64,000 bases of DNA from a virus (taxonomy: Duplodnaviria > Caudoviricetes), in IMG/VR virus record IMGVR_UViG_2534681837_000002, positions 1-64,000 of that record; one strand, given 5' to 3'. This document shows, piece by piece, positions 28,468-37,594 of this stretch (position 1 is the first letter of the stretch; the number at the start of each line of letters is the position of its first letter). Made by a program: the position numbers and the translations under genes. The notes under the pieces are model-generated. The model made no database searches, was not told the origin of the DNA, and saw only the letters and a program-made list of their open reading frames with translations.

Positions 28468-30390
28468 ATCGAGTAGGAGGAAAACGAAGTAGTTTTCTTC
28501 CTACTTTCGCTTTCCGACCTCTCACACCACCACGCATGCCGTTCGGCACGTGGCGGTTCTTTACTTACGATGCAATTTACTGTAATACTCCATCAAGGTA
28601 GGGTACCCCACTAGTTTCAATTTGTCATTATCCATGGCAGAAGTTAGGATTCTGCTCCCAGCTATACACCAATACCCTAAGCGAGTATTGGCATGTTGCC
28701 AGGCATAGAACTTACTGATGCCACACTTCTGCAAATTGGCAAACCGAGTTTTGACCTTCTTCCAGTATTTCCATATACACATGCGTATCCTACGACGAAG
28801 CCATTCATCTATACGTTTCAGATAACTCTGCATATCTGCCAACTGAAAGTATTCAATCCAGCTACGTATAAACAGATGAAGCTTTGATTTGCGCTGCTCA
28901 TACCCCATACCATTACTTCTTCCGGTCAGTTCTTTCAAGCGAACTTTCAGTTTAAGGTAACTTTTGGGATGGACAGATAAGCGACATTCGCCATTCTTTA
29001 CATAAAAAGAATAACCCAGAAACTTCATGCCACGAACATAACCAACGCTGGTTTTATCTTGATTTACCTTTAGGAAAAGATCTTTCTCAATAAAAGCGCT
29101 TATGCTCTTCTTTACACGCAGGGCAGAACGTTTACTCTTACAGAAAATCATACAGTCGTCCGCATAACGCACAAACTTGTGCCCACGGGATTCCAACTCT
29201 GTATCCAATTCATGGAGCATAACATTGCTCAGCAAGGGGCTTAAAGGTCCTCCTTGGACAGTTCCCTGAACACGGCTCTCGTAGTGACCATCTACCATTG
29301 CCCCCGAGAGGAGGTATTTATGGACGAGGGAGATAACACGACCATCCTTCACGGTGCGTGACAAAATCTCTATCAACTTGCTATGATTAACTGTGTCGAA
29401 GAACTTTTCTAAGTCCAAGTCAACACAGTATTTATGACCACTATTGATATGAGATTGGGCGCGCCGCAAGGCTTGGTGAGCACTGCGTTTAGGGCGGAAG
29501 CCAAAGCTGTTGTCACTGAACTGGCGTTCGTAAAGCGGACTAAGCACCTGGCTGATGGATTGTTGAATAAGACGGTCAATAACGGTAGGAATACCTAATT
29601 GACGTTTCTTACCTCCATCCTTGGGAATTTCAACCCGCCGGACGGGATTGGGACGATAGCTACCGTCCAACAAAGAGTTTATCAGTTCGTCTTTATGGAG
29701 TTTCAGGTAAGGAAGTAAATCTTCCGTTTCCATCTTATCGACACCTCCACAGCTACCGTTGGCCACGACCTGCTTGTAGGCGCGGTTCATGTTTGCGGGC
29801 GACACAATACGTTCCAATAAAGCATCTTTGGTAAATTGCGCTTCCACGAGGTGGTTTTCAGTTATCCCAATAAAGGTCTGCACTCCGGCATAGCTTTCGG
29901 ATTCCGTCCTATCCTTTTGCCGGCAGTTATCACTCAATGTTGATATTTTCTGCATTCGTTCCTTTATTTGGTAACATTCATTGACTACTCGCTTAAATAA
30001 AGTTCAGACCTTCCCCGAATGCCGATTTTTTTTTCGGGTACTATGTCGTCTGCTGACTTCTCACAGCAAGCTTTACTCCGTGCTTCTAAAAAAAAAAAAC
30101 ATCTGCACGTCTGTGAGACCTCCCCAGTTAAGAATACATTCTTTCCATCTTATACCTGCCGGATTTACTTTGGATGTTTCCGGATAGTTATAAGGCTTTG
30201 TCTTGTTTAGCAGACTAACCCACATCCTTTAGCCTTATATCCGGTTTCTGTACGTCAGGCCAGATGTTTGCCGCTACCTTCCTTCAGATTCCAACTCACG
30301 ATGGACACCCTTGGCGTTGGCTAAACACTTCCCACTATCAGGGCGTGTTAGGGACTTGCACCCATTAGAATATACCCATGCTGGGCGAAC
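28468..30390 (-). mobile_element. Group II intron, class C (IIC), full length, 1923 bp
   Basis: 5' end GTTCGCCCAGCATGG at 30390; domain V GAACCGCCACGTGCCGAACGGCATGCGTGGTGGTGTGAGAGG; domain VI ending CTACTCGAT at 28468; inserted after a terminator stem-loop. Confidence 0.93.
28561..29955 (-). CDS. ltrA: group II intron reverse transcriptase/maturase (no endonuclease domain)
   Basis: VEIPKDGGKKRQLGIPTVIDRLIQ, DLEKFFD, QGGPLSPLL, RYADD, FLGYSF, maturase X domain; 464 aa. Confidence 0.96.
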   Translation of the reverse strand: MQKISTLSDNCRQKDRTESESYAGVQTFIGITENHLVEAQFTKDALLERIVSPANMNRAYKQVVANGSCGGVDKMETEDLLPYLKLHKDELINSLLDGSYRPNPVRRVEIPKDGGKKRQLGIPTVIDRLIQQSISQVLSPLYERQFSDNSFGFRPKRSAHQALRRAQSHINSGHKYCVDLDLEKFFDTVNHSKLIEILSRTVKDGRVISLVHKYLLSGAMVDGHYESRVQGTVQGGPLSPLLSNVMLHELDTELESRGHKFVRYADDCMIFCKSKRSALRVKKSISAFIEKDLFLKVNQDKTSVGYVRGMKFLGYSFYVKNGECRLSVHPKSYLKLKVRLKELTGRSNGMGYEQRKSKLHLFIRSWIEYFQLADMQSYLKRIDEWLRRRIRMCIWKYWKKVKTRFANLQKCGISKFYAWQHANTRLGYWCIAGSRILTSAMDNDKLKLVGYPTLMEYYSKLHRK

Positions 30391-30397
30391 TAAAAAA

Positions 30398-30431
30398 GCC
30401 CGCTTATTCATCGAGTGAACAATAAGCGAGC
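30398..30431 (-). terminator. Rho-independent terminator, IIC intron target
   Basis: GCTCGCTTATT...AATAAGCGGGC-TTTTTTA immediately followed by intron 5' end. Confidence 0.85.
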
Positions 30432-30502
30432 TTACAAGTTTGAGAGACAAAAAATATTATATCTCTGTATCTGTAGAATCTAATTAGTTTTATGTGGCCG
30501 TA

Positions 30503-31006
30503 TCAATCCAACCAATCTTGAGCCACCTTTAACACATTCTTCTTCTTCATTATTCTAAATGCTTCCTTTCCATATATTTCTTCCTCACAATTTTCACACA
30601 CCAGGCTGAAGATATATTCTCTTTCTTTATCCGGATTAAAATAGAACACATCACCTCCGCATTTCTTGCATTTATGATGAATTGAACAATCGGTCTTAAG
30701 ATAGGCAGTATAACTCTCATTACTTAAATTATTAAAAGAGTCCACGTCCTCTTGATTATCAAACAAAAGAGCATTTTTAAAATATGTATTTCCAGTGATC
30801 CACATCCAAGAGTCATTAGCATCATCAATGCCATTATATATGATTTCCGAGCACAATCGCCTACACTCATCTTGACATACTTTGGAATGAATCGAATGAA
30901 TATGATTAATAATCGAAATATCATCACCAACACAGTCAAAAGAACCAATTATTAAATCACCACAACGATCCTTATTATCAGATTCCATCTCTATATTTTC
31001 TTCCAT
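30503..31006 (-). CDS. hypothetical protein with C-terminal Zn ribbon
   Basis: CKKCG...CENC; own promoter-like TACATTTG at 31036-31043. Confidence 0.65.
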   Translation of the reverse strand: MEENIEMESDNKDRCGDLIIGSFDCVGDDISIINHIHSIHSKVCQDECRRLCSEIIYNGIDDANDSWMWITGNTYFKNALLFDNQEDVDSFNNLSNESYTAYLKTDCSIHHKCKKCGGDVFYFNPDKEREYIFSLVCENCEEEIYGKEAFRIMKKKNVLKVAQDWLD

Positions 31007-31133
31007 GCAAACATTTAATTATAATACATTTCTTGCAAATGTATGAAAATAAACAGAAAACCAAACCAAGAGAATGAAGATATTACATTTCAATCCTCAT
31101 TACCAATTGTGCAGTAATCGGCTCTAATGGTTA

Positions 31134-32516
31134 TTATTCATCTTTGTTACGAGTATTCCACAAAGCAATCTGCTGCTCTTCGGGTAAAGTCTCCCAGTAT
31201 TTCATGCAAACCAGACGAAATTCATCATAATTGCCAGCGAATTTGTTACCTGTTATTTCTTCAAGAACTGCGCTGGTAAGATGAACAAACCAACCTTTCA
31301 TTTCTGCAAACAAATCTTCATGACTCCATAACCGAGTGTAATTATCACAAACATGACACCAGTTATTCCCACTGTCTTTTTGGTCGCCGACATCATCAAC
31401 AAAATCATTACCAATATTAGGCTTTACCCATGCCTGGGTTTCTACATTCGACGAGCCACATTCCGCACAATAAAGTATCGGGGCCATTGGCTCGAACTCA
31501 CTGGCGGACAAAAAGCCAAATTTCTTGAGCCACTTAACAATTTCGAGCAAACCTTCCAGACATACTGTCTCAATAGGCATGTCGTAATCATCACCACTCT
31601 CACCATTGAGCGAACACATTAGCTGAAAGGTGACAGTATCTTTATAAAGGTCATAGACATGAGCGGCATTGTATCCACCATAAGTAGAAAAATCACAGCT
31701 CCGGAGATTTACTATGATTCCATTGTCATATTCTTCCTCAATATTGTCCTGACAATGGTGCTTGCCGATGTTCTTATAAAAAGTGCCAATACACATTTCA
31801 TTCTTCTCAACAACTCTGGAGATTATACATATCAGCTTTTTGCGAAGTTTTTCCAATTGATACTCTTCGCTAGTATGTCCGGTAGCAATGACTGGTTTGT
31901 CCAATGCCGGGCGGATACCTTTCAGCGAAATGCGGTCGCACAAAATGCAAGGATGCTCCTCACGGAATACATCACATATTTCTTGCGAACTGTTCTGGTT
32001 ACCGTTGATGTCAGTAATGGGTATCAGGCAGCAGTTGTGTTTTAAAAGGTATGCTTCAATTTTATCAATGTCCTCATGTTCGAAAGCAACATAAGTATTC
32101 TCTTTTTCAAAGCTGGCAACCAGTTCATCATGCACCCAGACTTCCTTCCAGCTATCTCCCGGATTAAGCATGACGCCGACTGTTTCGGTATTCACAAAGT
32201 AAGTGATAGCCTTCTTCACATTCGATACGAACTCTTTGTCAAAATCCGGTTCATTCAGTCCTTGTATCGTACAGATTCCATAGTTATAGCCACCCAGCTG
32301 ATAGAAAGTTTCTTCATTCCAAGTGGTTAGCTTGACTCCGATATACTCACTGGCAGTTTTGTTTTCCCTATCGATGTTCAGATAAACGTTAACGCTGTCG
32401 CCTATCCGGAACTGCTTCACAAACAAGGCAAAATCCTCAAGTGATAATATTTTCAACCGCTCCTGACGGTCTGATGTTATGAAATAATTTTCTTCATTTT
32501 TCCTAATAGTATCCAT
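31134..32516 (-). CDS. multi-module hypothetical protein
   Basis: 460 aa mosaic of modules shared with 17330-18481 and 20999-21910. Confidence 0.75.
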   Translation of the reverse strand: MDTIRKNEENYFITSDRQERLKILSLEDFALFVKQFRIGDSVNVYLNIDRENKTASEYIGVKLTTWNEETFYQLGGYNYGICTIQGLNEPDFDKEFVSNVKKAITYFVNTETVGVMLNPGDSWKEVWVHDELVASFEKENTYVAFEHEDIDKIEAYLLKHNCCLIPITDINGNQNSSQEICDVFREEHPCILCDRISLKGIRPALDKPVIATGHTSEEYQLEKLRKKLICIISRVVEKNEMCIGTFYKNIGKHHCQDNIEEEYDNGIIVNLRSCDFSTYGGYNAAHVYDLYKDTVTFQLMCSLNGESGDDYDMPIETVCLEGLLEIVKWLKKFGFLSASEFEPMAPILYCAECGSSNVETQAWVKPNIGNDFVDDVGDQKDSGNNWCHVCDNYTRLWSHEDLFAEMKGWFVHLTSAVLEEITGNKFAGNYDEFRLVCMKYWETLPEEQQIALWNTRNKDE

Positions 32517-32527
32517 AATATTGAGTG

Positions 32528-32752
32528 TTAATCTTTAATGAATAGAAAATCTGCACAATTGCCGGCCAATGTCCCGGCATCGTTATAATGGTAAAAGCCT
32601 TCCGTCGTGAAATCAACACTAACAGGACTGCCTTCTACTTTCTCCAAAAACTTTCTAATTTCGGCCTTCTCCATGTCATTAATACCAGAATAGTCATCAC
32701 TAATGAGTGGAGATGCCCAATAAACGGGCAACCGGTAAATGGTCTTTATCAT
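32528..32752 (-). CDS. small conserved phage/ICE-type protein (DUF6926-like)
   Basis: YRLPVYWASPLISDDYSG motif. Confidence 0.5.
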   Translation of the reverse strand: MIKTIYRLPVYWASPLISDDYSGINDMEKAEIRKFLEKVEGSPVSVDFTTEGFYHYNDAGTLAGNCADFLFIKD

Positions 32753-33168
32753 ATTAGTCTATTAAAGATGTTCAAATAATCTGTAATTTGGTCAGCATCA
32801 TTGAGAAGTCTTGAAGGCATACATTGAGCTCCCTTTTCATTCAGGAACTTAATGTATATCTGTCCCGATGCAGGATTGGGAATATAAAGGATAGCAAATT
32901 TCCGAGACTTGAGCATCAGATAGAAAAATCCGGTGGTAGTCCCATACTGGAACGTAATGATTTGCCCAGTATCTCGGCATAATTCATTCACAATAGGCAA
33001 GACAATCGTTTCACAAATCACGAGGGAAAGGCTCCAACGTGGTACTGTTGGAAGATGTATATAAGGGATACCCCGTCGCACCATACGCTTATCATGCTCC
33101 ATCTTTGTAACAAGTTCTCGAAGAGAACGGGCTAAATGTTGTGTATTCATATTCTTGTTATTAGTCAA
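32749..33168 (-). CDS. hypothetical protein
   Basis: 139 aa ORF. Confidence 0.65.
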   Translation of the reverse strand: MTNNKNMNTQHLARSLRELVTKMEHDKRMVRRGIPYIHLPTVPRWSLSLVICETIVLPIVNELCRDTGQIITFQYGTTTGFFYLMLKSRKFAILYIPNPASGQIYIKFLNEKGAQCMPSRLLNDADQITDYLNIFNRLI

Positions 33169-33175
33169 AAAAAAA

Positions 33176-33231
33176 TGTCCGAACTTAACTGCTCGGACAC
33201 AAAAAAAGCGGTGAAGTCTTGAACTTACCGC
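33176..33231 (-). terminator. tandem Rho-independent terminators
   Basis: TGTCCGA-N10-TCGGACA and GCGGT..AAG-N-CTTACCGC, each followed by a T-run on minus strand. Confidence 0.7.
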
Positions 33232-33293
33232 CTATAAACTAGCTATATAAAATCAATATTCTGATTCCATAAGGTACAATTAAAATATAAATA

Positions 33294-33476
33294 CTATCTA
33301 ATCACAAGATCGATATTTAGGAACTTCAACATCATTTCTATTTTTTCTTGTCCCAAATTCATTTTTCCATTAAAAAAAAGAGACATTGAGCTTTTAGCTA
33401 CTCCTATTAATTCCGCAAGGTCTTTTGATTTAATCTTACGGATTTTCATTGCCTCTATTATCACCTCTCTTATCAT
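33294..33476 (-). CDS. XRE-family HTH regulator
   Basis: IKSKDLAELIGVAKSSMSLFFNGK HTH. Confidence 0.85.
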   Translation of the reverse strand: MIREVIIEAMKIRKIKSKDLAELIGVAKSSMSLFFNGKMNLGQEKIEMMLKFLNIDLVIR

Positions 33477-33757
33477 GCGATTTCGTTGATAGAATATACT
33501 GATTTATCTAAACGTAATTCTCTTGTAATTATCTCCTTCCATTTAGAATTAGCGGAATGAAACACGATAATGGCACAATCGTGAACACCGATAGATTGCT
33601 TATATTTTACCGTAAACTCACCGTCAAATTTTTCCCAATCTTCCGGTGCTTCATTCCAAAATATTTTTTTGCATTGATTCAATACCCTTTCTCGACCATT
33701 GGCAACTTTGATATCTGCATTCTTGTAAATAATTTCAATTTTAGAATCCATAATCAT
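33473..33757 (-). CDS. hypothetical protein coupled to XRE gene
   Basis: 94 aa, 4-nt stop/start overlap. Confidence 0.65.
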   Translation of the reverse strand: MIMDSKIEIIYKNADIKVANGRERVLNQCKKIFWNEAPEDWEKFDGEFTVKYKQSIGVHDCAIIVFHSANSKWKEIITRELRLDKSVYSINEIA

Positions 33758-33795
33758 ACTTTTTAACTGTTACTATTTGCTTTATTTTGATGTTA

Positions 33796-33863
33796 CAAAT
33801 ATATATAAAGTTTAAGCAATACTAAACTTTTAATGCAGGAAAGTTTAAGTAATACCAAACTTT
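33796..33863 (-). promoter_or_regulatory. promoter with two palindromic operators
   Basis: -7 box TATATTTG (33796-33803); AAAGTTT-N10-AAACTTT at 33807-33830 and 33840-33863. Confidence 0.7.
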
Positions 33864-34050
33864 AATATTTAAGTGGTAAGTCCAATACGTCAAAGAACAA
33901 ATACCGACTTTAAGGCTCGATTTACCTCATTTCTTTATTATTAGCTTCATACTTTTTATACTTCAAAACCTAAACAGGAAACGTGTATATCTTTTTAAAG
34001 TTCTTCGAATATCTTTATTTCTATTTTATTGATTGAAATCATTCGTTGCT

Positions 34051-34084
34051 TTTGGGATAATGTATAGTCTTTTTCTTATATTTG
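34051..34084 (+). promoter_or_regulatory. Bacteroidetes sigma-A promoter for AraC gene
   Basis: TTTG-N22-TATATTTG. Confidence 0.6.
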
Positions 34085-34106
34085 CACCATGACTCGACGT
34101 GAGTTA

Positions 34107-34269
34107 CTTTATTCAGTTTAGTGTCTACTTGAAAGCTGCAATTTTTAAAATGGATACACATAAACTGAACGGCCATTCGTATGTTCTCAAAACTACGATA
34201 TGCGCACCCGTTCAGTGATAGTGTATCCGGGTTGTTTGCAGCACCTCAAGTAGACTACATTGAATAGGG
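34107..34269 (+). ncRNA. long interrupted hairpin in AraC 5' leader (putative structured RNA)
   Basis: Nested stems TATTCA/TGAATA, GTCTACTTGA/TCAAGTAGAC, GCTGCAA/TTGCAGC, GGATACAC/GTGTATCC, ACTGAACGG/CCGTTCAGT, TCGTA/TACGA. Confidence 0.55.
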
Positions 34270-34322
34270 TGCGCTTTTTTATCATCACGAAGCAGAACAT
34301 TCAACCCTTAAAAAATAGAATT

Positions 34323-34766
34323 ATGGAAGAAAATGAGAAAATCACTAAAAAGCTCCCTTATAATCTGAGAGAGAAAAAAGAGAAAAAGGCAGAGTACAGA
34401 AACATGATCCGCCCTGAACTCGCCGATGAACTATACGATAAGATATTAAATATCATTGTCGTACAAAAGAAGTACAAAGACCCCGATTACTCTGCAAAAG
34501 AGTTAGCCAAAGAGTTACACACAAACACGCGCTATTTGTCTGGTGTAATAAACTCACGTTTCGGTATGAATTACTCATGTGTACTGAATGAATATCGTAT
34601 CAAAGAAGCTTTGCATCTCATGACAGACAAACGCTATAAAGACAAGAACGTAGAAGAAATCAGTGCAATGGTAGGATTTTCTAATCGTCAATCTTTCTAC
34701 GCTGCCTTTTACAGGATTGTTGGCGAAACCCCTAACGGATATCGAAAAAGAAAGCTGGAAAAATAA
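34323..34766 (+). CDS. AraC-family transcriptional regulator (DNA-binding domain only)
   Basis: YKDPDYSAKELAKELHTNTRYLS...EEISAMVGFSNRQSFYAAFYRIVGETP. Confidence 0.92.
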   Translation: MEENEKITKKLPYNLREKKEKKAEYRNMIRPELADELYDKILNIIVVQKKYKDPDYSAKELAKELHTNTRYLSGVINSRFGMNYSCVLNEYRIKEALHLMTDKRYKDKNVEEISAMVGFSNRQSFYAAFYRIVGETPNGYRKRKLEK

Positions 34767-34781
34767 TATTCATGCCCGTTC

Positions 34782-34826
34782 CTAAATCTTTGAGCTGATG
34801 ATATTGATGTCAGTTCAAAGATTTAG
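34782..34826. terminator. 17-bp hairpin between convergent genes
   Basis: CTAAATCTTTGAGCTGA / TCAGTTCAAAGATTTAG. Confidence 0.7.
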
Positions 34827-34834
34827 AACATCTC

Positions 34835-35647
34835 CTATTTGGCCTCACAGCTACTTACAGCTTCTTCTTGTCGAGTAACAAATGTTGTTTCAGGCCGTTG
34901 GTATTTACCATTCACATAATCATTGGCTACTTTCTTATAGGTTAGCCCACAAATCAAGCCGCCTTCATCAAGAAACCGGGCATCATATTGATTAGCATCA
35001 ATGACTGGATATCCCCGAAATTCTTCCGGAAGAACATTCTCAAAAACGACTGCCACACGATAACCTTTCTTCAGCAGTTCTTCACAAATTTCCCAATTTT
35101 CACCACTGTATGAGTAGGTGACATCATAGTTGCTATATTTTTCTGAGAGTTTTGTATGTTCATAAACCTTCGTATAGTCGTAGAACTGTATGCTCTCACA
35201 GAACTGGAGAATATTTACCCCCATCAGGGTAAATTTTTCCGGTGAAATATCAGAAGTACAATTCAACCGGACTGCAAATTTCATATTGGCAGCATCCGCT
35301 TTCCTTTTAGCTTGCCTGATTTCATGAATAAGAAGTTGCATAAACGTGTCTTTATCCTCAAAAAACAGCTTCGTTTTTTTGATACGGGATTGCTGTATGG
35401 GACCGCCCTCTTTATATGTCAGCAGTTCAATCTTATTTCTACCCGAACCATTCAGGCAGTACTTACAGCAATTATCAGAATTGGAGCAAACATTATGCCC
35501 ACTAAGGTCTCTTGGGGCGAGATACAAACCATAGGTTAACACATTCTTATGCGTTAAACTCTTGACAAGTTTCGGAGAAGAATCACAGCACCCCAGGTAA
35601 CTTATTCCAAGGGTTCGTTTTACTTTACTGGGACTAAATTTATCCAT
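34835..35647 (-). CDS. phage gp88-family protein (Cys-rich, radical-SAM-like)
   Basis: LYLAP...NVC...CCKYCL..SGR, AVRLNCTSDI, FYDYTK, YDVTYSYS. Confidence 0.7.
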   Translation of the reverse strand: MDKFSPSKVKRTLGISYLGCCDSSPKLVKSLTHKNVLTYGLYLAPRDLSGHNVCSNSDNCCKYCLNGSGRNKIELLTYKEGGPIQQSRIKKTKLFFEDKDTFMQLLIHEIRQAKRKADAANMKFAVRLNCTSDISPEKFTLMGVNILQFCESIQFYDYTKVYEHTKLSEKYSNYDVTYSYSGENWEICEELLKKGYRVAVVFENVLPEEFRGYPVIDANQYDARFLDEGGLICGLTYKKVANDYVNGKYQRPETTFVTRQEEAVSSCEAK

Positions 35648-35680
35648 ATTGTATAAGTATTAATGTTTTAGTGTTAGTAC

Positions 35681-35711
35681 AAAAAAATGTCCGAACCTGA
35701 TAGTCCGGACA
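35681..35711 (-). terminator. Rho-independent terminator, near-copy of 33169-33199
   Basis: AAAAAAATGTCCGAACC...CCGGACA. Confidence 0.7.
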
Positions 35712-35759
35712 TAAACAAAGTCATAGTATGAATTATAACATTCAATATGGCATCTCTCT

Positions 35760-36086
35760 TTAGGCTTTACCACAATCAAGATATAGTGCAATATCTCTAG
35801 GTTTCAGCCGATATGATGAGTGTTGTTCTCTCAGCCGACTTCTCACCCACTCTACCGGACAATGCCTTAATAGCCACATATCTATGCTGTTTGGAAAATT
35901 GGCTACAGGCACCCCAAAAACGTAACTGGAGAAAGTAGTATCATAATGTTCCAAATCCGTATACAAGAAGTCCATTATTGACTTCTGCGTCTCCTTTTGG
36001 CACATATGGTCAAACTTAATACACCATTGATAGAAAATGATAAAATCTTTCTTTGAATAGCAATACAGCTTGTCGATTGCGGCCAT
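35760..36086 (-). CDS. hypothetical protein
   Basis: Start moved to MAAIDK at 36086 to remove overlap. Confidence 0.65.
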   Translation of the reverse strand: MAAIDKLYCYSKKDFIIFYQWCIKFDHMCQKETQKSIMDFLYTDLEHYDTTFSSYVFGVPVANFPNSIDMWLLRHCPVEWVRSRLREQHSSYRLKPRDIALYLDCGKA

Positions 36087-36102
36087 ATAATTTCTTTTTA
36101 AT

Positions 36103-36426
36103 TTAGTTTTCAGTGAATTTCCAGTATCCATAATCAGAACCATCTCCTGGATGAGAGCAGAAGCTATATCCATCGGGAGCGTATGAGTCCAGGGTATCAA
36201 ACAGCGATTCCAGCAACATAATCGCCTCTTCGCTATTCCACCAGTCCGATGCTTTATCATCAGACGCATACGCTGGTACAGAGTTCATAAACTGTAAATA
36301 TTCAGGAGTATCACAAAGAACCTCCATAAATACCGGAATCAAATCCTGTAGTCGCATTGTGGCATGAGATACACTTGCATCAAGGATAGCATGTATCTTG
36401 TTTAAAGTTCTTTTGTCGGTAAACAT
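36103..36426 (-). CDS. hypothetical protein
   Basis: C-terminal APDGYSFCSHPGDGSDYGYW motif. Confidence 0.7.
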   Translation of the reverse strand: MFTDKRTLNKIHAILDASVSHATMRLQDLIPVFMEVLCDTPEYLQFMNSVPAYASDDKASDWWNSEEAIMLLESLFDTLDSYAPDGYSFCSHPGDGSDYGYWKFTEN

Positions 36427-37124
36427 TCGTTTTTAATTTGATTGATTAAGTTTTCACAACAAAAATTCCATTCTCTACTATCTAAGTATGGAAACTCTCT
36501 ACTTAAATTGATTAAGACGTTTAGACTAACGAGCAGATCCGCTTTCTTAATGAGAGGAACTATATGCCTAAAACACATCCATGCTTCTCCACGGAGAACA
36601 ACGCTGCCCCAACAATCATTATAGATAAACTTCTGCCGAACAGATTTCTCTGGGAAATATCGCTCTACTATAACGCTAAGAGGTGCGTTCCTAAACTCCG
36701 GATGAGGACGGAATACTTGGCTATTATAGTCACGAATCTTCATAAAGATATCATCTCCTTTTATATAAATCAGATTGGAGGCTTTTACATTGTTCTGTCT
36801 CCCATATACATAAGGTATACTGAAAGCTTGACAGATATCTTTGATTTCAACAGGTTTAGATAGTTTAGGTTCTCCGTATCGCCTTTCACTAAGCATATCA
36901 ACACGAATATCAGTATGGTATATACTGAGAAAATCATTAATATCACCCAGAGTCCATAATAAAGAATTTTCCATCTTAAATTGTATAGTATGTGATACTT
37001 CTCTATCCTTAGTTATCAGGTACTTAATAATGAAAGTTCCTGCTGGATGATTATAAATGCAACCTTTATCGCACTTATATGAGGCATGTTCTTCCAACTT
37101 TAAAATGATATCAGGCTTGATCAT
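36402..37124 (-). CDS. hypothetical protein
   Basis: 240 aa ORF. Confidence 0.7.
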   Translation of the reverse strand: MIKPDIILKLEEHASYKCDKGCIYNHPAGTFIIKYLITKDREVSHTIQFKMENSLLWTLGDINDFLSIYHTDIRVDMLSERRYGEPKLSKPVEIKDICQAFSIPYVYGRQNNVKASNLIYIKGDDIFMKIRDYNSQVFRPHPEFRNAPLSVIVERYFPEKSVRQKFIYNDCWGSVVLRGEAWMCFRHIVPLIKKADLLVSLNVLINLSREFPYLDSREWNFCCENLINQIKNECLPTKEL

Positions 37125-37585
37125 GCCGCCTTACAATATTTTTCGAGATATACTGCAAAATTGATGATAGATTCCGTAGTAAGGGTTATCAGTTCAATCT
37201 TATTGTCGTTATCATCCAGAATGGTTCGTTCCTGTGAATCAATACTCCCTAACTCACACTGCATAATCCCGGCCCAGTCTGCATCGTAATCGAAAGTGAA
37301 ATTAAGTGCCCCGTACTTCTGAGCGCTTATTTCCTTTTCATACTTTTTTGCAAGGGAGAATATGTAGTCTATAGCCTTGTTACGTATATATCCATATAGG
37401 AAATTGACATCTTTCAAGTCTAAATTGTCTTTCTCGTTTTCATCTTTCAGTTTGATTTTAATACGAGTCAAGACAATTACAGAATTAAGTGCATCTATTT
37501 TTTTCTGATATCCATGACAGATTTTCCTGTGCAGATTAATCTGAATCCGTGCTTTATATTCTTCTTCAGTTAGCAGATATTTCAT
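37121..37585 (-). CDS. hypothetical protein
   Basis: 154 aa; N-terminus paralogous to 37595-38056. Confidence 0.7.
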   Translation of the reverse strand: MKYLLTEEEYKARIQINLHRKICHGYQKKIDALNSVIVLTRIKIKLKDENEKDNLDLKDVNFLYGYIRNKAIDYIFSLAKKYEKEISAQKYGALNFTFDYDADWAGIMQCELGSIDSQERTILDDNDNKIELITLTTESIINFAVYLEKYCKAA

Positions 37586-37594
37586 GATGTATAG

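Noticed and set aside
28436-28549. N-terminal extension of ORF 27698-28549
   Set aside because: It is mostly intron domain V/VI sequence; the real start is 28435.
29981-30210. ORFs 29981-30187 and 30019-30210
   Set aside because: They lie antisense within intron RNA domains.
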